From an uncultured Chitinophagaceae bacterium (GTDB lineage Bacteria; Bacteroidota; Bacteroidia; Chitinophagales; LD1): a stretch of 64,000 nucleotides of DNA. Shown in pieces: positions 9,949-21,763 of this stretch (positions are counted from its first letter, which is position 1; each line of letters opens with the position of its first letter). Location: the NCBI GenBank assembly GCA_964398475.1, contig CAYNMP010000003.1, positions 137,269-201,268 of the forward strand, in the 5' to 3' direction. The notes beneath the pieces were generated by a model. It saw nothing but the letters and a program-made list of their open reading frames with translations. It did no database searches and was not told the DNA's origin. Both the position numbers and the translations under genes were made by a program.

Positions 9949-11124
9949 ATGAAATTTTATCAAAGACGAAGTCGCATTATTGTTACTTGCAGCAAACGCA
10001 TTGCCCCTTTTTTGGCGCTCGAAATCGAACAATTAGGCTTTGAACCAAAGAAGATATTTGCCACAGGTGTGGAATTGATTGGCTCACTAAATGACTGTAT
10101 CAAACTAAATCTTCATTTGCGTTGCGCCAGTCAGGTGCTGTATACGTTGAAGGAATTTCAATGCACCGACCCGGATGATTTGTACAACAAAGTGTATCAA
10201 CTGCCGTGGGAGAGTTTGATAGAAAAGGATGGATATTTTTCGGTAACAAGCCATGTGGATCACCCGAGCATCACAACACCCCTCTTTGCGAATGTGAAGG
10301 TGAAAGATGCGATTGTAGATCATTTCCGCGATAAATATGGGAAACGTCCGAATTCGGGTTCAGATTATGATAAAGCGGTGATTAATTTATTTTGGAAAAA
10401 TGAGGAAGCAGCTTTGTTTATCGATACTTCAGGAGAAACATTGTCGAAGCACGGCTACCGCAAGATTCCGGGAAAGGCGCCTATGTTGGAATCGTTGGCA
10501 GCAGCTACGATTTTGGCTTCGAAGTGGGACCGACAATCGGCTTTTGTGAATCCCATGTGCGGTTCTGGAACATTGGCCATTGAGGCATTGATGTTGGCTA
10601 CGAAACGTATGCCGGGCTTGTATCGCAACAATTATTCGTTTATGCACTTTATTGGATACGAAGAAAGTGTGTACGAAGCAGAATTGGCGAACATTCAACA
10701 CATGGTGCGCGAGGTGCCGAAGATGCGTGTTATTGCCAGCGACATTAGCGAAGACGCCATCAATGTTTCGAAAATCAATGCGCGCATGGCCGGTGTGGAA
10801 GAGTTGATGGAATTTGAAGTATGCGATTTCCGGGATACTGAAATTCCGGAAGGGGGCGGAACGGTTTTCTTCAACCCCGAGTATGGCGAGCGTTTAGGTG
10901 AAGAAACCGAGTTGGAAGAAATCTATAAAGAGATTGGCGATTTCATGAAAAAATCGTGCAAAGGGTATAAAGGCTATATTTTTACGGGCAACTTGGAACT
11001 CGCCAAAAAAATCGGTTTGAAAACCACACGCAGAATTGAATTCTACAATGGTAAAATTGATTGTAGATTGTTGGAATACGAGTTGTATGATGGAACGAAA
11101 CGCGTACCGAAGATAGAAGATTAA
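9949..11124 (+). CDS. THUMP-domain class I SAM-dependent RNA methyltransferase (RlmL N-terminal-half / COG0116 type)
   Basis: The ORF-track start 9940 is TTG and the first ATG is 9949 (MKFYQ...). SAM motif VNPMCGSGTLAIEAL and catalytic NPPY-like motif FFNPEYGERLG. Confidence 0.8.
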   Translation: MKFYQRRSRIIVTCSKRIAPFLALEIEQLGFEPKKIFATGVELIGSLNDCIKLNLHLRCASQVLYTLKEFQCTDPDDLYNKVYQLPWESLIEKDGYFSVTSHVDHPSITTPLFANVKVKDAIVDHFRDKYGKRPNSGSDYDKAVINLFWKNEEAALFIDTSGETLSKHGYRKIPGKAPMLESLAAATILASKWDRQSAFVNPMCGSGTLAIEALMLATKRMPGLYRNNYSFMHFIGYEESVYEAELANIQHMVREVPKMRVIASDISEDAINVSKINARMAGVEELMEFEVCDFRDTEIPEGGGTVFFNPEYGERLGEETELEEIYKEIGDFMKKSCKGYKGYIFTGNLELAKKIGLKTTRRIEFYNGKIDCRLLEYELYDGTKRVPKIED

Positions 11125-11140
11125 CAAGGGTTTAACCCAT

Positions 11141-11986
11141 TTATTCCCAAGCTTTGTTCGATTTCCCTAAATAATATTTAAGACAGGCATTTTCTTTTAC
11201 CAGAAATTCACCTCTCCAAACAATCGCTCCTCTTCCGAGTGCAATCAGACTATATTGACCGGGACGCAATATTTTGCATAGCATTCCATTATTGAAACAT
11301 TCGGGTTCGCTAATAATTTGCGAAGGAACCTTTCCGATCTTCTTATCCTGAATTTTTACAACAATGTCTTCTGCATTTTTTAAATCGGACCAGAAACAAA
11401 CATACCCGCATTTTTGCGGAGCTTCAACTATTGTTTGTTGTTCAATATCGTTCATGAAATAAACATCAACAGTTGTCAACTGTTGCCGACAAAATTTTTT
11501 AAGTGTAAGTGTATTCTTGGCATTTCTAATTTGCCGAGGAGCATCGAAGTTGACAGGAAAATAATCGTTTACTATAATTCTTTTATCCGTGTTGTTGTGC
11601 ACAAGAATTTTCATTTTGGAACAGAAGTTTGCATTGTCTGTAACTACGGCTAAGTGCCATCCATCAATGATTGTCGATGGGTATTGCGAGTAACTTTGAT
11701 GCTTGATCTTAATACTTGCAAGAGTATCCATTGCTTTATGAATCTCTTCAGCTACTTTATCCGTATGTACTTTATTGGCAATGTCTTCTCCAATTTCTAT
11801 TATTCGCGCACCTATTCCATAGTAATTCAATGAAAATGGCCACCCTGCATCAGCGTCATACCCTAATACATTTTCAGCAACTGGCATCGCATCAGACACA
11901 AAAGTGTAAGTGGTATCCTTTTTTACTTGAGCTAGAATGAATGAAACAGAGAGTGAAAGAATGAATGAAACAATTGTTCTTTTCAT
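11141..11986 (-). CDS. Hypothetical secreted protein
   Basis: Clean ORF. ATG at 11986 gives a signal-peptide-like start MKRTIVSFILSLSVSFILAQ. No family recognised. Confidence 0.5.
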   Translation of the reverse strand: MKRTIVSFILSLSVSFILAQVKKDTTYTFVSDAMPVAENVLGYDADAGWPFSLNYYGIGARIIEIGEDIANKVHTDKVAEEIHKAMDTLASIKIKHQSYSQYPSTIIDGWHLAVVTDNANFCSKMKILVHNNTDKRIIVNDYFPVNFDAPRQIRNAKNTLTLKKFCRQQLTTVDVYFMNDIEQQTIVEAPQKCGYVCFWSDLKNAEDIVVKIQDKKIGKVPSQIISEPECFNNGMLCKILRPGQYSLIALGRGAIVWRGEFLVKENACLKYYLGKSNKAWE

Positions 11987-12023
11987 AAACCCAACCAACA
12001 ATAATTAGACAAATAAATGTGCA

Positions 12024-13811
<1,788 letters not shown>

Positions 13812-13912
13812 TTATCGGTATAAATTGTTAAACATTTTGGAATGAGGACCACACAAGGAAAATCTAAGCTCAAATCGTTAGGTGCGCAAAGCTTCTTTAT
13901 GTATATTGTGAA

Positions 13913-15499
13913 ATGAAATCAATTTTACTGTTTCTGCTTTTTCCGGCTTTCGTAATGGCTCAACAATACCCTTGGGCTATAGGTGAAGGTGGAGTGGGTT
14001 CCGATATTGGGAAAAATATACGCTTCGATAAAGCAGGAAATGTTTTATTGTGTGGCGATATTGCCGGTGATGCCAAGTTCCGAGGAATGTTGCGCAAAGG
14101 CCATGGGTTGTCAGACGGATTTGTGGCAAAATACAATACAAACGGCAGTTTACAGTGGGTACAATTGTTAGGCGGCATAAAAGTGGACAAGGCAAGCGAT
14201 TGTGCGGCTGATAACAACAATGCCGTTTTTGTAACTGGCTATTTTGAAGATTCGATGTCGGTGGGCAATAAAGGGGCTAAAAGCAAAGGCTTAAGCGATA
14301 TTTATGTAGCGAAAATAGATGCAGGAGGAAATCCTGTTTGGCTGAAAACGTTTGGCGGAGCAAAAACCGATCAAGCCTATTCCATTATCACCGATAACAG
14401 TGGAAATGTGTATCTCTGTGGAACCTACACAACTGCAATACAATTGGGAAGTTTTACGCTCAACAGCACCAATGGCTTTCCGGAAAGTTTTATTGTAAAA
14501 CTAGATAATAATGGTTCGGTGATTTGGGCGAAATCGTCAAAAGCAGCGTACACCAATACTGCGAATTCACTGTGCTTATTGAACAATGGAGATATTGCCG
14601 TCACAGGGTACTTCTCGCTCAGCTACACATTCGACACAACAACTGTAAATGCTTCGAGCACAAATTATCAGGTATTCATAGCGCGCTTAGATGAAAACGG
14701 AAATTTGAGATGGCTGAAAAGCGCAGGAGGAGGCTATGATGATGTGGCCAATTCGATATGCACAGATGGAACGAATGTGTTCATTTGCGGATATTCTTCG
14801 GGAAGTGCGAATTTTGGGGCATTTAACATTAGCAACTCAGGGTACAACGATCCGTTTGTGGCTAAGTTCAATGAACAGGGCATTTGCCAATGGGCAAACC
14901 GAGGCGAAGGCACAAAATTAGATATTGGCAATGGCATTTGTTGCGACCAATATGGAAATGTGTATGCCACGGGTTTTTATGAGTACAACATTACTTTTTC
15001 AGGTAGAAGTATTAGCGGCCCCGACCGCAATATTTTTATGGTGAGTTACGACAATAACGGCAACATCCGTTGGTTGCAGAATGCTGGCGAAAGCGGCACC
15101 GACTGTGGATTAGGCATTAATGTGGATGCGCAAGGAAATGTATATAACACCGGTTATTATTTATATCGCTGCATTTTTGGCACCACGCTTTTACCTTTGC
15201 CTGAAGCAGAAGATATTTATCTGGCTAAACTGGATCAAGCTACCGTTGGAATTTCAAACGAAAACACAATTGAATTTTCGATTTATCCCAATCCAACACA
15301 AGGGCAACTTACTTTTCAAGGGGATTTGCCTTACGGTCTGAGTTATAGCGTTTACAATAGTTTGGGCGAATTGGTTACAAGCTCAACCTTACACAACAAA
15401 ACCATCAGCACAAAGGATTGGACTGATGGTTTGTATATTATTTCGTTGATGAAAGAGGAGACAATAGTTGGAAAGAAAACGTTTGTTATTCAACGATAA
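13913..15499 (+). CDS. SBBP-type beta-propeller repeat protein with T9SS C-terminal sorting domain
   Basis: 528 aa with a signal peptide. Many repeats of the pattern D.G..I..D..GNVY..G.F. C-terminus FSIYPNPTQGQLTF...GLYIISLMKEETIVGKKTFVIQR is T9SS CTD-like. Confidence 0.75.
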   Translation: MKSILLFLLFPAFVMAQQYPWAIGEGGVGSDIGKNIRFDKAGNVLLCGDIAGDAKFRGMLRKGHGLSDGFVAKYNTNGSLQWVQLLGGIKVDKASDCAADNNNAVFVTGYFEDSMSVGNKGAKSKGLSDIYVAKIDAGGNPVWLKTFGGAKTDQAYSIITDNSGNVYLCGTYTTAIQLGSFTLNSTNGFPESFIVKLDNNGSVIWAKSSKAAYTNTANSLCLLNNGDIAVTGYFSLSYTFDTTTVNASSTNYQVFIARLDENGNLRWLKSAGGGYDDVANSICTDGTNVFICGYSSGSANFGAFNISNSGYNDPFVAKFNEQGICQWANRGEGTKLDIGNGICCDQYGNVYATGFYEYNITFSGRSISGPDRNIFMVSYDNNGNIRWLQNAGESGTDCGLGINVDAQGNVYNTGYYLYRCIFGTTLLPLPEAEDIYLAKLDQATVGISNENTIEFSIYPNPTQGQLTFQGDLPYGLSYSVYNSLGELVTSSTLHNKTISTKDWTDGLYIISLMKEETIVGKKTFVIQR

Positions 15500-15501
15500 T
15501 T

Positions 15502-17526
15502 TTAATTCAAATTCCCTCTTTTCAATAAAGGTTCAATGCTGGGTTCTGCACCGCGGAAGGCTTTGTACAATTCCATAGGATGCGCTGAACCGCCTGCGGC
15601 CAAAATGTTTTGCTTAAATTTTGTGGCCACTTCTTTGTTGAAAATACCGCGCTCTTTAAAGTATTCAAAAGCATCAGCATCCAACACTTCTGCCCACTTG
15701 TAGCTGTAATAACCGGCACTGTAACCGCCTTGAAAAATATGGGAGAAGGCCGTACTGGTACATACACCGGCTGTTTCAGGGTATAAACTTGTTTTGGCTG
15801 TGAGTTCTGCTTCGTATTCCTTTACCTGCTTCACATGCTCTAAACTTTCTACCGCGTGCCATCCAAAATCAATGGAGGCTAAACCAACTTGGCGCAACAT
15901 CTGCATGCCTGCTTCGAAAGACGCAGCAGCTTTGATTTTTTCTATCAATGCATCGGGAATTATTTCGCCTGTTTCGTAGTGCTTTGCAAAAAGCGATAAG
16001 GCTTCTTTTTCGTAGCACCAGTTCTCGAAAATCTGACTTGGCAATTCCACAAAATCCCAATATACATGAGGTCCTGAAAGGCTCGGGTAAGTAGTATCGG
16101 AAAGCATTCCGTGTAATGCATGTCCGAATTCGTGAAACAGCGTAGTAACTTCACCGAAAGTTAATAACGATGGTTTGGTAGCCGTTGGTTTGGTAAAATT
16201 ACAAGTTACAGATACTTGCGGACGTTCATCAACAACATTCTTTTTGCATTGCGATTTGAACGAACTCATCCATGCCCCTGCGCGTTTGGTGGTGCGTGGA
16301 AAAAAATCGGTGTATACGTAGGCCACCAATTGATTGGTTTGTGATGATGTTACTTTATAAACTGTTACCTCCGGATGATACACTTCCACCTCCGGTGCCT
16401 TAGTGAATTTGATATTATATAACTCACCGGCAATGTCGAACACACCATTCAATACATTTTCCAAAGAAAAATACGGACGTAGTTCTTCTTCATCCAAATT
16501 GAATTTTGATTTTTTCAACTGCTCGGAGTAGTAAGCACCATCCCATCGCTCGAGTTTTCCGATGCCATCTTTTTCCATCGCGAATTGTTCCAATTCTGCA
16601 AATTCTTTATTGGCGAAAGGTGTTGACTTCTCTAACAATTCATTCAAGAAATTTTTAACCGTGCCAGGTGTTTTGGCCATACGCTCTTCCAACACATAAT
16701 CGGCATAGGTTTTATACCCCAATAAATTCGCTTTTTTGATTTTAAGTTTAGCGATAGTCAACAATGTTTCCTCCGTATTATTTTCATTGTCTTGAAAACC
16801 TAATGCATTTTTAGCCAACACCATTTTTTTGCGCAACTCACGATCTTGAATATAGGTCACAAATGGCAAATACACCGGATAGTCGAGTGTGAAAAGCCAC
16901 CCCTCTTTACCTTTAGTCTTAGCCGCTTCTCGTGCTTCAGCAACATTATCTTTGGGCAGACCGACTAAATCGCTTTCATTGTCTATCAGCAGTTCATACG
17001 CATTGGTATCATTTAATACTTTTGCGCCAAACACCAACGAAAGTTGACTCAATTCTTTATCTAATTCGCGTAATTCGTCTTTTTGCAAATCGTTCAATAA
17101 AGCACCGTTTCGCGCAAAATTCTTGTACGTATTTTCTAATAAAGTTTGTTGCTCGGTGGTTAAAGACAAACTGTCTTTTTTCTCATAAACAGCTTTGATG
17201 CGGTGAAATAGTTTTTCGTTTAAATTTACATCGTTTCCGAACTCCGATAACAAAGGAGAAACCTCCATAGCTATTTGTTGAATTTCATCATCGGCATTGG
17301 AAGAATAGATATTGAAAAACAAAACCGACAAGCGACTTAACTGGTTACCCGAATAATCTAAAGCGGCAATCGTATTCTCAAAAGTAGGCTCTTCCTCACT
17401 AATATAGATATCTTCAATCTCATTCTTAGCTTGTTCTATGGCTGCTTTAATGGCAGGTAAATAGTGCTCGTTTTTTATTGCTGAAAATGGCACTAAATCG
17501 AAAGGGGTCAATAATGGGTTAAGCAT
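15502..17526 (-). CDS. dcp: M3-family zinc metallopeptidase (peptidyl-dipeptidase Dcp / oligopeptidase A type)
   Basis: 674 aa. Zinc motif TLFHEFGHALHG (HEXXH). Length and the surrounding sequence fit the M3 family. Confidence 0.8.
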   Translation of the reverse strand: MLNPLLTPFDLVPFSAIKNEHYLPAIKAAIEQAKNEIEDIYISEEEPTFENTIAALDYSGNQLSRLSVLFFNIYSSNADDEIQQIAMEVSPLLSEFGNDVNLNEKLFHRIKAVYEKKDSLSLTTEQQTLLENTYKNFARNGALLNDLQKDELRELDKELSQLSLVFGAKVLNDTNAYELLIDNESDLVGLPKDNVAEAREAAKTKGKEGWLFTLDYPVYLPFVTYIQDRELRKKMVLAKNALGFQDNENNTEETLLTIAKLKIKKANLLGYKTYADYVLEERMAKTPGTVKNFLNELLEKSTPFANKEFAELEQFAMEKDGIGKLERWDGAYYSEQLKKSKFNLDEEELRPYFSLENVLNGVFDIAGELYNIKFTKAPEVEVYHPEVTVYKVTSSQTNQLVAYVYTDFFPRTTKRAGAWMSSFKSQCKKNVVDERPQVSVTCNFTKPTATKPSLLTFGEVTTLFHEFGHALHGMLSDTTYPSLSGPHVYWDFVELPSQIFENWCYEKEALSLFAKHYETGEIIPDALIEKIKAAASFEAGMQMLRQVGLASIDFGWHAVESLEHVKQVKEYEAELTAKTSLYPETAGVCTSTAFSHIFQGGYSAGYYSYKWAEVLDADAFEYFKERGIFNKEVATKFKQNILAAGGSAHPMELYKAFRGAEPSIEPLLKRGNLN

Positions 17527-17611
17527 ATACTAATCTATTAATTTGAATTTTATACCACAAAGATGCCAATATGATTTGGACTAAACTTGTAAAAAACGGA
17601 CAAAATGTATC

Positions 17612-18418
17612 TCACAAAAACTGGAAGCACAATCTGCCGTTCGCCAATTTTTGTATATCGCGAGGTGCACGCTTAGGAGAGAGATTCGTTAAACTTTTGA
17701 ATGTTTTATTAAAATGCGATTGATCAAAATAATGATGTAAATAAGCCACCTCACCGATTTGTGTATCGCTCGACAACAGGTTAGTCAATGCCTTTCGAAA
17801 TTGCACAATTTGCCTATAATGATGCGGTGTAATTTGCAAGTACTTCATGAACTTGCGGTGGAGTGTTTTAGGATGAATGAAATGCGCTTTCGCAAAATCA
17901 GTTAAAGAAACATTTTCTTCAATGGCACTAAAAGCGTCTAACATATTACTGAACTCATCCAACTCAGTATCGCGTGAATAGTGATTTTTCAGGTAAGTAT
18001 CGAGTTGTTGCACCTTTTCATGCTCACCATTCTCGGCAAACAACTTTTCAATGAATGCTCTTTCGAAAATTGTTCCATTTGCGGTAACCGGCTTGAAATA
18101 GTTTTCACCTAAGGGTTTCAACACAATACTTATCTCCTCAAAAGCTCCTTTTATTGAAATCAAATAAGGCTTAATGTCCGGTGTAATGGTAAGGGCGATA
18201 TACCCAGTGCCTTTCGATTCAGTAATGCAGATATCGTTACCATTAATTTTCACTTCACAGTCTTTGAAGATACTAATGGCCGTATAAATATTCGGGAAGC
18301 TTCGAAATTGAATATCTTCAGTGGGGTTGTTCTTTTCTGTAAAATAGTAAAACAACACCTGTTCAGACAGGCTTTCCTCCATTGTTGGATAGGATTCTAT
18401 TGTTAGACCGGATTGCAT
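17612..18418 (-). CDS. AraC-family transcriptional regulator
   Basis: C-terminal AraC HTH (FAKAHFIHPKTLHRKFMKYLQITPHHYRQIVQFRKAL). Start trimmed to ATG 18418 (MQSGLTIE...), because the ORF-track start 18586 overlaps the upstream TPR gene. Confidence 0.7.
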   Translation of the reverse strand: MQSGLTIESYPTMEESLSEQVLFYYFTEKNNPTEDIQFRSFPNIYTAISIFKDCEVKINGNDICITESKGTGYIALTITPDIKPYLISIKGAFEEISIVLKPLGENYFKPVTANGTIFERAFIEKLFAENGEHEKVQQLDTYLKNHYSRDTELDEFSNMLDAFSAIEENVSLTDFAKAHFIHPKTLHRKFMKYLQITPHHYRQIVQFRKALTNLLSSDTQIGEVAYLHHYFDQSHFNKTFKSLTNLSPKRAPRDIQKLANGRLCFQFL

Positions 18419-18476
18419 GTTCAAATGTAATCTTTTATCGCTTTCGTTGACACTAAAGGAAACCGAAAACCAACAC

Positions 18477-19268
18477 CTATTTACGCCTATCCTTTTTGGA
18501 AGAAGATGGAATATTGTTTTCAGCTTTATAACGTTTGCACAATTCAGTGCACCGATAACACAACTGATTGTATGCCCGCTCGTCATACCCCATTTTTACG
18601 GCACGATACAAATCATCGCAGCCTATGGCATTCTGATTTAATGCAATCCGTGCTAATCCGCGCCAGAAATAGACATCCTTATCCGTCATATTCAAAGCAA
18701 TGCATCTATCATAGTCTTGGAGAACAGTGCGGTAATTATTAAGGCGGGTATTAATGTATCCACGTAAAAGATAACTTCTTGCGATAGTAGAATCGGTTGA
18801 GATATGGAGATTTACAGACTCCAAGGCTCTTAAATAATATTCCTTTGTATATTGGCTTTGATCAAGCATATCATAAGCATAGGCTGTCCCCAATAGGGCA
18901 TCAGTATTATACAACGAGTCAGATATGATCCCCGCTAGCACATCAATTGCACTTGTGTAATTTTGAAGATGAATGTATGTTATACCTAACATAAACTTTG
19001 CTCGACTATTGTTCGGATGAATCTTCAAGTATTGCTGGTAAAGGTGTACACTTACAGAATCACTTGCATTCTTAGGCACAAGCCACTCCAAACCAGCCGT
19101 AAAAGAAGTAGAATCCAACTTCGCTTCACTTTCTGACGTTGTGGCTAATACATTTGTCGAAATTTGAGAAGAGTCAATACCTCCTTTGCTACATATTTGC
19201 TGAGCTTTTGTTCGCAGAATTGCAAACAAAAGCAACAGACATAACACGCTCCTGTAAAAAAACCGCAT
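18477..19268 (-). CDS. Secreted TPR-repeat protein
   Basis: 263 aa. Signal peptide MRFFYRSVLCLLLLFAILRTKAQ. TPR-like repeats (AKFMLGITYIHLQNYTSAIDVL, YLLRGYINTRLNNYRTVLQDYDRCIAL, VYFWRGLARIALNQ). Confidence 0.6.
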   Translation of the reverse strand: MRFFYRSVLCLLLLFAILRTKAQQICSKGGIDSSQISTNVLATTSESEAKLDSTSFTAGLEWLVPKNASDSVSVHLYQQYLKIHPNNSRAKFMLGITYIHLQNYTSAIDVLAGIISDSLYNTDALLGTAYAYDMLDQSQYTKEYYLRALESVNLHISTDSTIARSYLLRGYINTRLNNYRTVLQDYDRCIALNMTDKDVYFWRGLARIALNQNAIGCDDLYRAVKMGYDERAYNQLCYRCTELCKRYKAENNIPSSSKKDRRK

Positions 19269-19277
19269 TTGAAAAAG

Positions 19278-21641
19278 TTACATTTTCAGAATCTTAAACT
19301 CTGTTCTTCTGTTTAGTGCTCGTCCTTCAGGGTTATCGGTACCGTCAGGGTTTGTGTTAGGCGCTATGTATTTCGTTTTACCATAACCCATTGGAAACAT
19401 ACGCTTCTTGTCGATTCCCTTCTTAATTAGGTAGGTAACACAACTTTGCGCACGCGCTTGAGATAATTTCATGTTATTCGGTCCGGTACCAACAGAGTCT
19501 GTATGTGAACTCAACTCAATCACAAAGGTTGGGTTCTCAGTCATCAACATATACAATGTATCCAAAACCAATTCCGATGATTTAGTTAAAGTAGCTTTCC
19601 CGAATTCATACAAGATGTTCTGCAACTTATACTCCTTGTTGAGCTCCAATTTCTTCAAGAAAACATCAGCAGTAACAGAATCTAAACCGTTGCCTAAGCC
19701 TTTTGTACTTGCCAATGTTTTTCCGGCAAAGTAACCTTCTTTTCGGGCCATTACTTTATAATCTTTACCGGTAGGTACTTTAATAAAATAATGCGACTCT
19801 GTACTCGGCACGGTCAACTCGCTCATTAATCGTTCTTGCCCTCCGGTAAGAATTTCATACACTAAAATATTAGCTCCGTTGATTTTAGTATCCGGTTTAT
19901 CTAGTTCTGCTACATTACCATGAAGAATATAAGCATCCTTATTAACATTGAAGACCTTTGATAGCGTATCCTCATCCTCCAAACCTTTTGTAGTAACCGA
20001 TTCACTAATAGGAATAAATCCTTCTCGATTTACCTCCACTTCATAATCGGCATCCGGATTGAGTTTGAAGAAATAATTTCCTCCTTTTGATGTAGAATCA
20101 ATTCCTACAAGCACTTTAGTTCCATCCTCCTTTTTCAAATAAAGATTATAACGTGTAGGCACTTTTTGATCCAATTGTGTCACATCGTTTCCTATAACTT
20201 TCATAGTTCCTTCCAACCCATAATTGAAATTCTCCCAACCGAAAACATCATCGCTGGCTGTAGCAATTCCATTTAACGGAATACTGCCTTGGCGATTGGA
20301 AGTAAGATAACCATAAGACAAATCTTTAGATACGGTAAAGAACATATCATCTGCGCCAGAGTTTACTGGTTTTCCAAGGTTTTGTACGGCTGTCCATACT
20401 TTTCTTTCGCCATCGGGTACTTGTGCTGTTTTGAACACATCAAATCCACCAAAACCAGGATGTGCATCGGATGAAAAATAAAGCGTTTGGGAACTATCGG
20501 CAAAGAACGGGGAGATTTCATCGCCCACGGTATTTACGTTTCCTTTTACTAATTGCGGTTCTTCATATTCGCCATCAGCTGTGCGTTTGGTGTACCATAC
20601 ATCCATACCCCCTTTGCCGCCAGGACGGTTACTTGAAAAATAAATATATTCCACTTTTTTGTTATCCGTTGCTCTAACCGCAGGTTCAGTACTGGTATAT
20701 TTTTCTTCGAAATTCACATTGTTCGGTAAACGTTGTGGCTCGCTAAACTTTCCGTTTTTGACATCCGATACAAAGATATTACACAAAGGCCGGTCGTCAT
20801 CACGCTCTAAACATTTTGTAAAATAGAAACGAGACCCATCGCGATTAAATGTTCCATTTGCTGTATTGTAGCGATCTCCGTGATAAGTTCCACCATTGAT
20901 AACCTCTTCTACAAGTTTTGGGCTGTTCCAGTCTCTATTGGATTTGCTTACTTTATATATTGAAGTATATAATTTGTTTTTATACCCTTCAAAAGTTACT
21001 AAAGTATCCGATCCAGTTGATGTGTAATACAATTCTGCTTCAGTAGGAGAAAAAGGAGCAGTTTCAGAATACGCATGATTAATGCCCTTAGGTAAAACTG
21101 TAACTTTAATTTTTGCCTTTTTCAAATACTGGACAGAATCACAAGCTTGCGCGATACGTTTTGCCAATAAAATGGTGTTGGCCTCTTCTTGTGGATCAGT
21201 ACTGTGATAATCGGTGCGAAATTTCCCCAAAGCTGCTTTAGCCTCTTCATATTTTCCGTTGCGGTGTAGGGTCATTCCATAATAAAGATTACCCATTTTA
21301 TATTCGTTCTGATTATCGTACTCCCAGTTCTTTTTTTTGTCTTTTTTGCCGGGCTGCATGGCATAAAAACGGGCAAAAGCATTTTCGGCCTTTTCATAAT
21401 CTTTAGCAAAGTAAAGCGACATGGCTAACCAATAACTGGCATAACGACAGTTTGGCTTTTTTGCTAAATGATTGCGATAATTTTCAGCAGCGGAATAGAA
21501 TAAGGATTCTGCAAAATATCTATCGGCTAATTTCAATCGTGCATGGGTTCCCAATTGGGAGGGGGTATGATTCGAACCATTCGCAAACGAAGTTGAAAAT
21601 GTCAAAATCACCACAAAAAGCCCTACTATTTTCTTCACCAT
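19278..21641 (-). CDS. PorE (PG1058)-like T9SS-associated protein: TPR + TolB-like beta-propeller + CarboxypepD_reg-like + OmpA_C
   Basis: 787 aa. N-terminal TPR. PD40/TolB-type repeats (YIYFSSNRPGGKGGMDVWYT, LYFSSDAHPGFGGFDVFKT). C-terminal OmpA domain (NILYEFGKATL...LSQARAQSCVTYL...NRRTEFKIL). Sits directly downstream of a PorP/SprF gene. The four-domain order matches that published for P. gingivalis PG1058/PorE. Confidence 0.7.
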   Translation of the reverse strand: MVKKIVGLFVVILTFSTSFANGSNHTPSQLGTHARLKLADRYFAESLFYSAAENYRNHLAKKPNCRYASYWLAMSLYFAKDYEKAENAFARFYAMQPGKKDKKKNWEYDNQNEYKMGNLYYGMTLHRNGKYEEAKAALGKFRTDYHSTDPQEEANTILLAKRIAQACDSVQYLKKAKIKVTVLPKGINHAYSETAPFSPTEAELYYTSTGSDTLVTFEGYKNKLYTSIYKVSKSNRDWNSPKLVEEVINGGTYHGDRYNTANGTFNRDGSRFYFTKCLERDDDRPLCNIFVSDVKNGKFSEPQRLPNNVNFEEKYTSTEPAVRATDNKKVEYIYFSSNRPGGKGGMDVWYTKRTADGEYEEPQLVKGNVNTVGDEISPFFADSSQTLYFSSDAHPGFGGFDVFKTAQVPDGERKVWTAVQNLGKPVNSGADDMFFTVSKDLSYGYLTSNRQGSIPLNGIATASDDVFGWENFNYGLEGTMKVIGNDVTQLDQKVPTRYNLYLKKEDGTKVLVGIDSTSKGGNYFFKLNPDADYEVEVNREGFIPISESVTTKGLEDEDTLSKVFNVNKDAYILHGNVAELDKPDTKINGANILVYEILTGGQERLMSELTVPSTESHYFIKVPTGKDYKVMARKEGYFAGKTLASTKGLGNGLDSVTADVFLKKLELNKEYKLQNILYEFGKATLTKSSELVLDTLYMLMTENPTFVIELSSHTDSVGTGPNNMKLSQARAQSCVTYLIKKGIDKKRMFPMGYGKTKYIAPNTNPDGTDNPEGRALNRRTEFKILKM

Positions 21642-21763
21642 AAAATACGGTTTGGTTTGTTTTTCTGTTTTACAAAGTAAAAAACCACTATCATATTGGC
21701 TTGTCTAAATATGAAAGTGGTTTCCTATAATCTGCACTTCGACAAGCTCAGTGCATTGTTCTC

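Noticed and set aside
18419-18586. 56-codon N-terminal extension of the AraC regulator overlapping the upstream TPR gene by 110 nt.
   Set aside because: The extension has no AraC-family similarity and overlaps a supported gene. ATG 18418 leaves a normal 58-nt spacer.
21688-21754. Two weak hairpins after the PorP/SprF stop: aaaccact/agtggttt with a 26-nt loop, and gcact-tcgacaagctc-agtgc at 21734-21754. They were considered as terminators or a REP fragment.
   Set aside because: The stems are short (5-8 bp), the loops are long, and there is no clear T run. The next gene downstream probably belongs to the same operon. The evidence is too weak to annotate.
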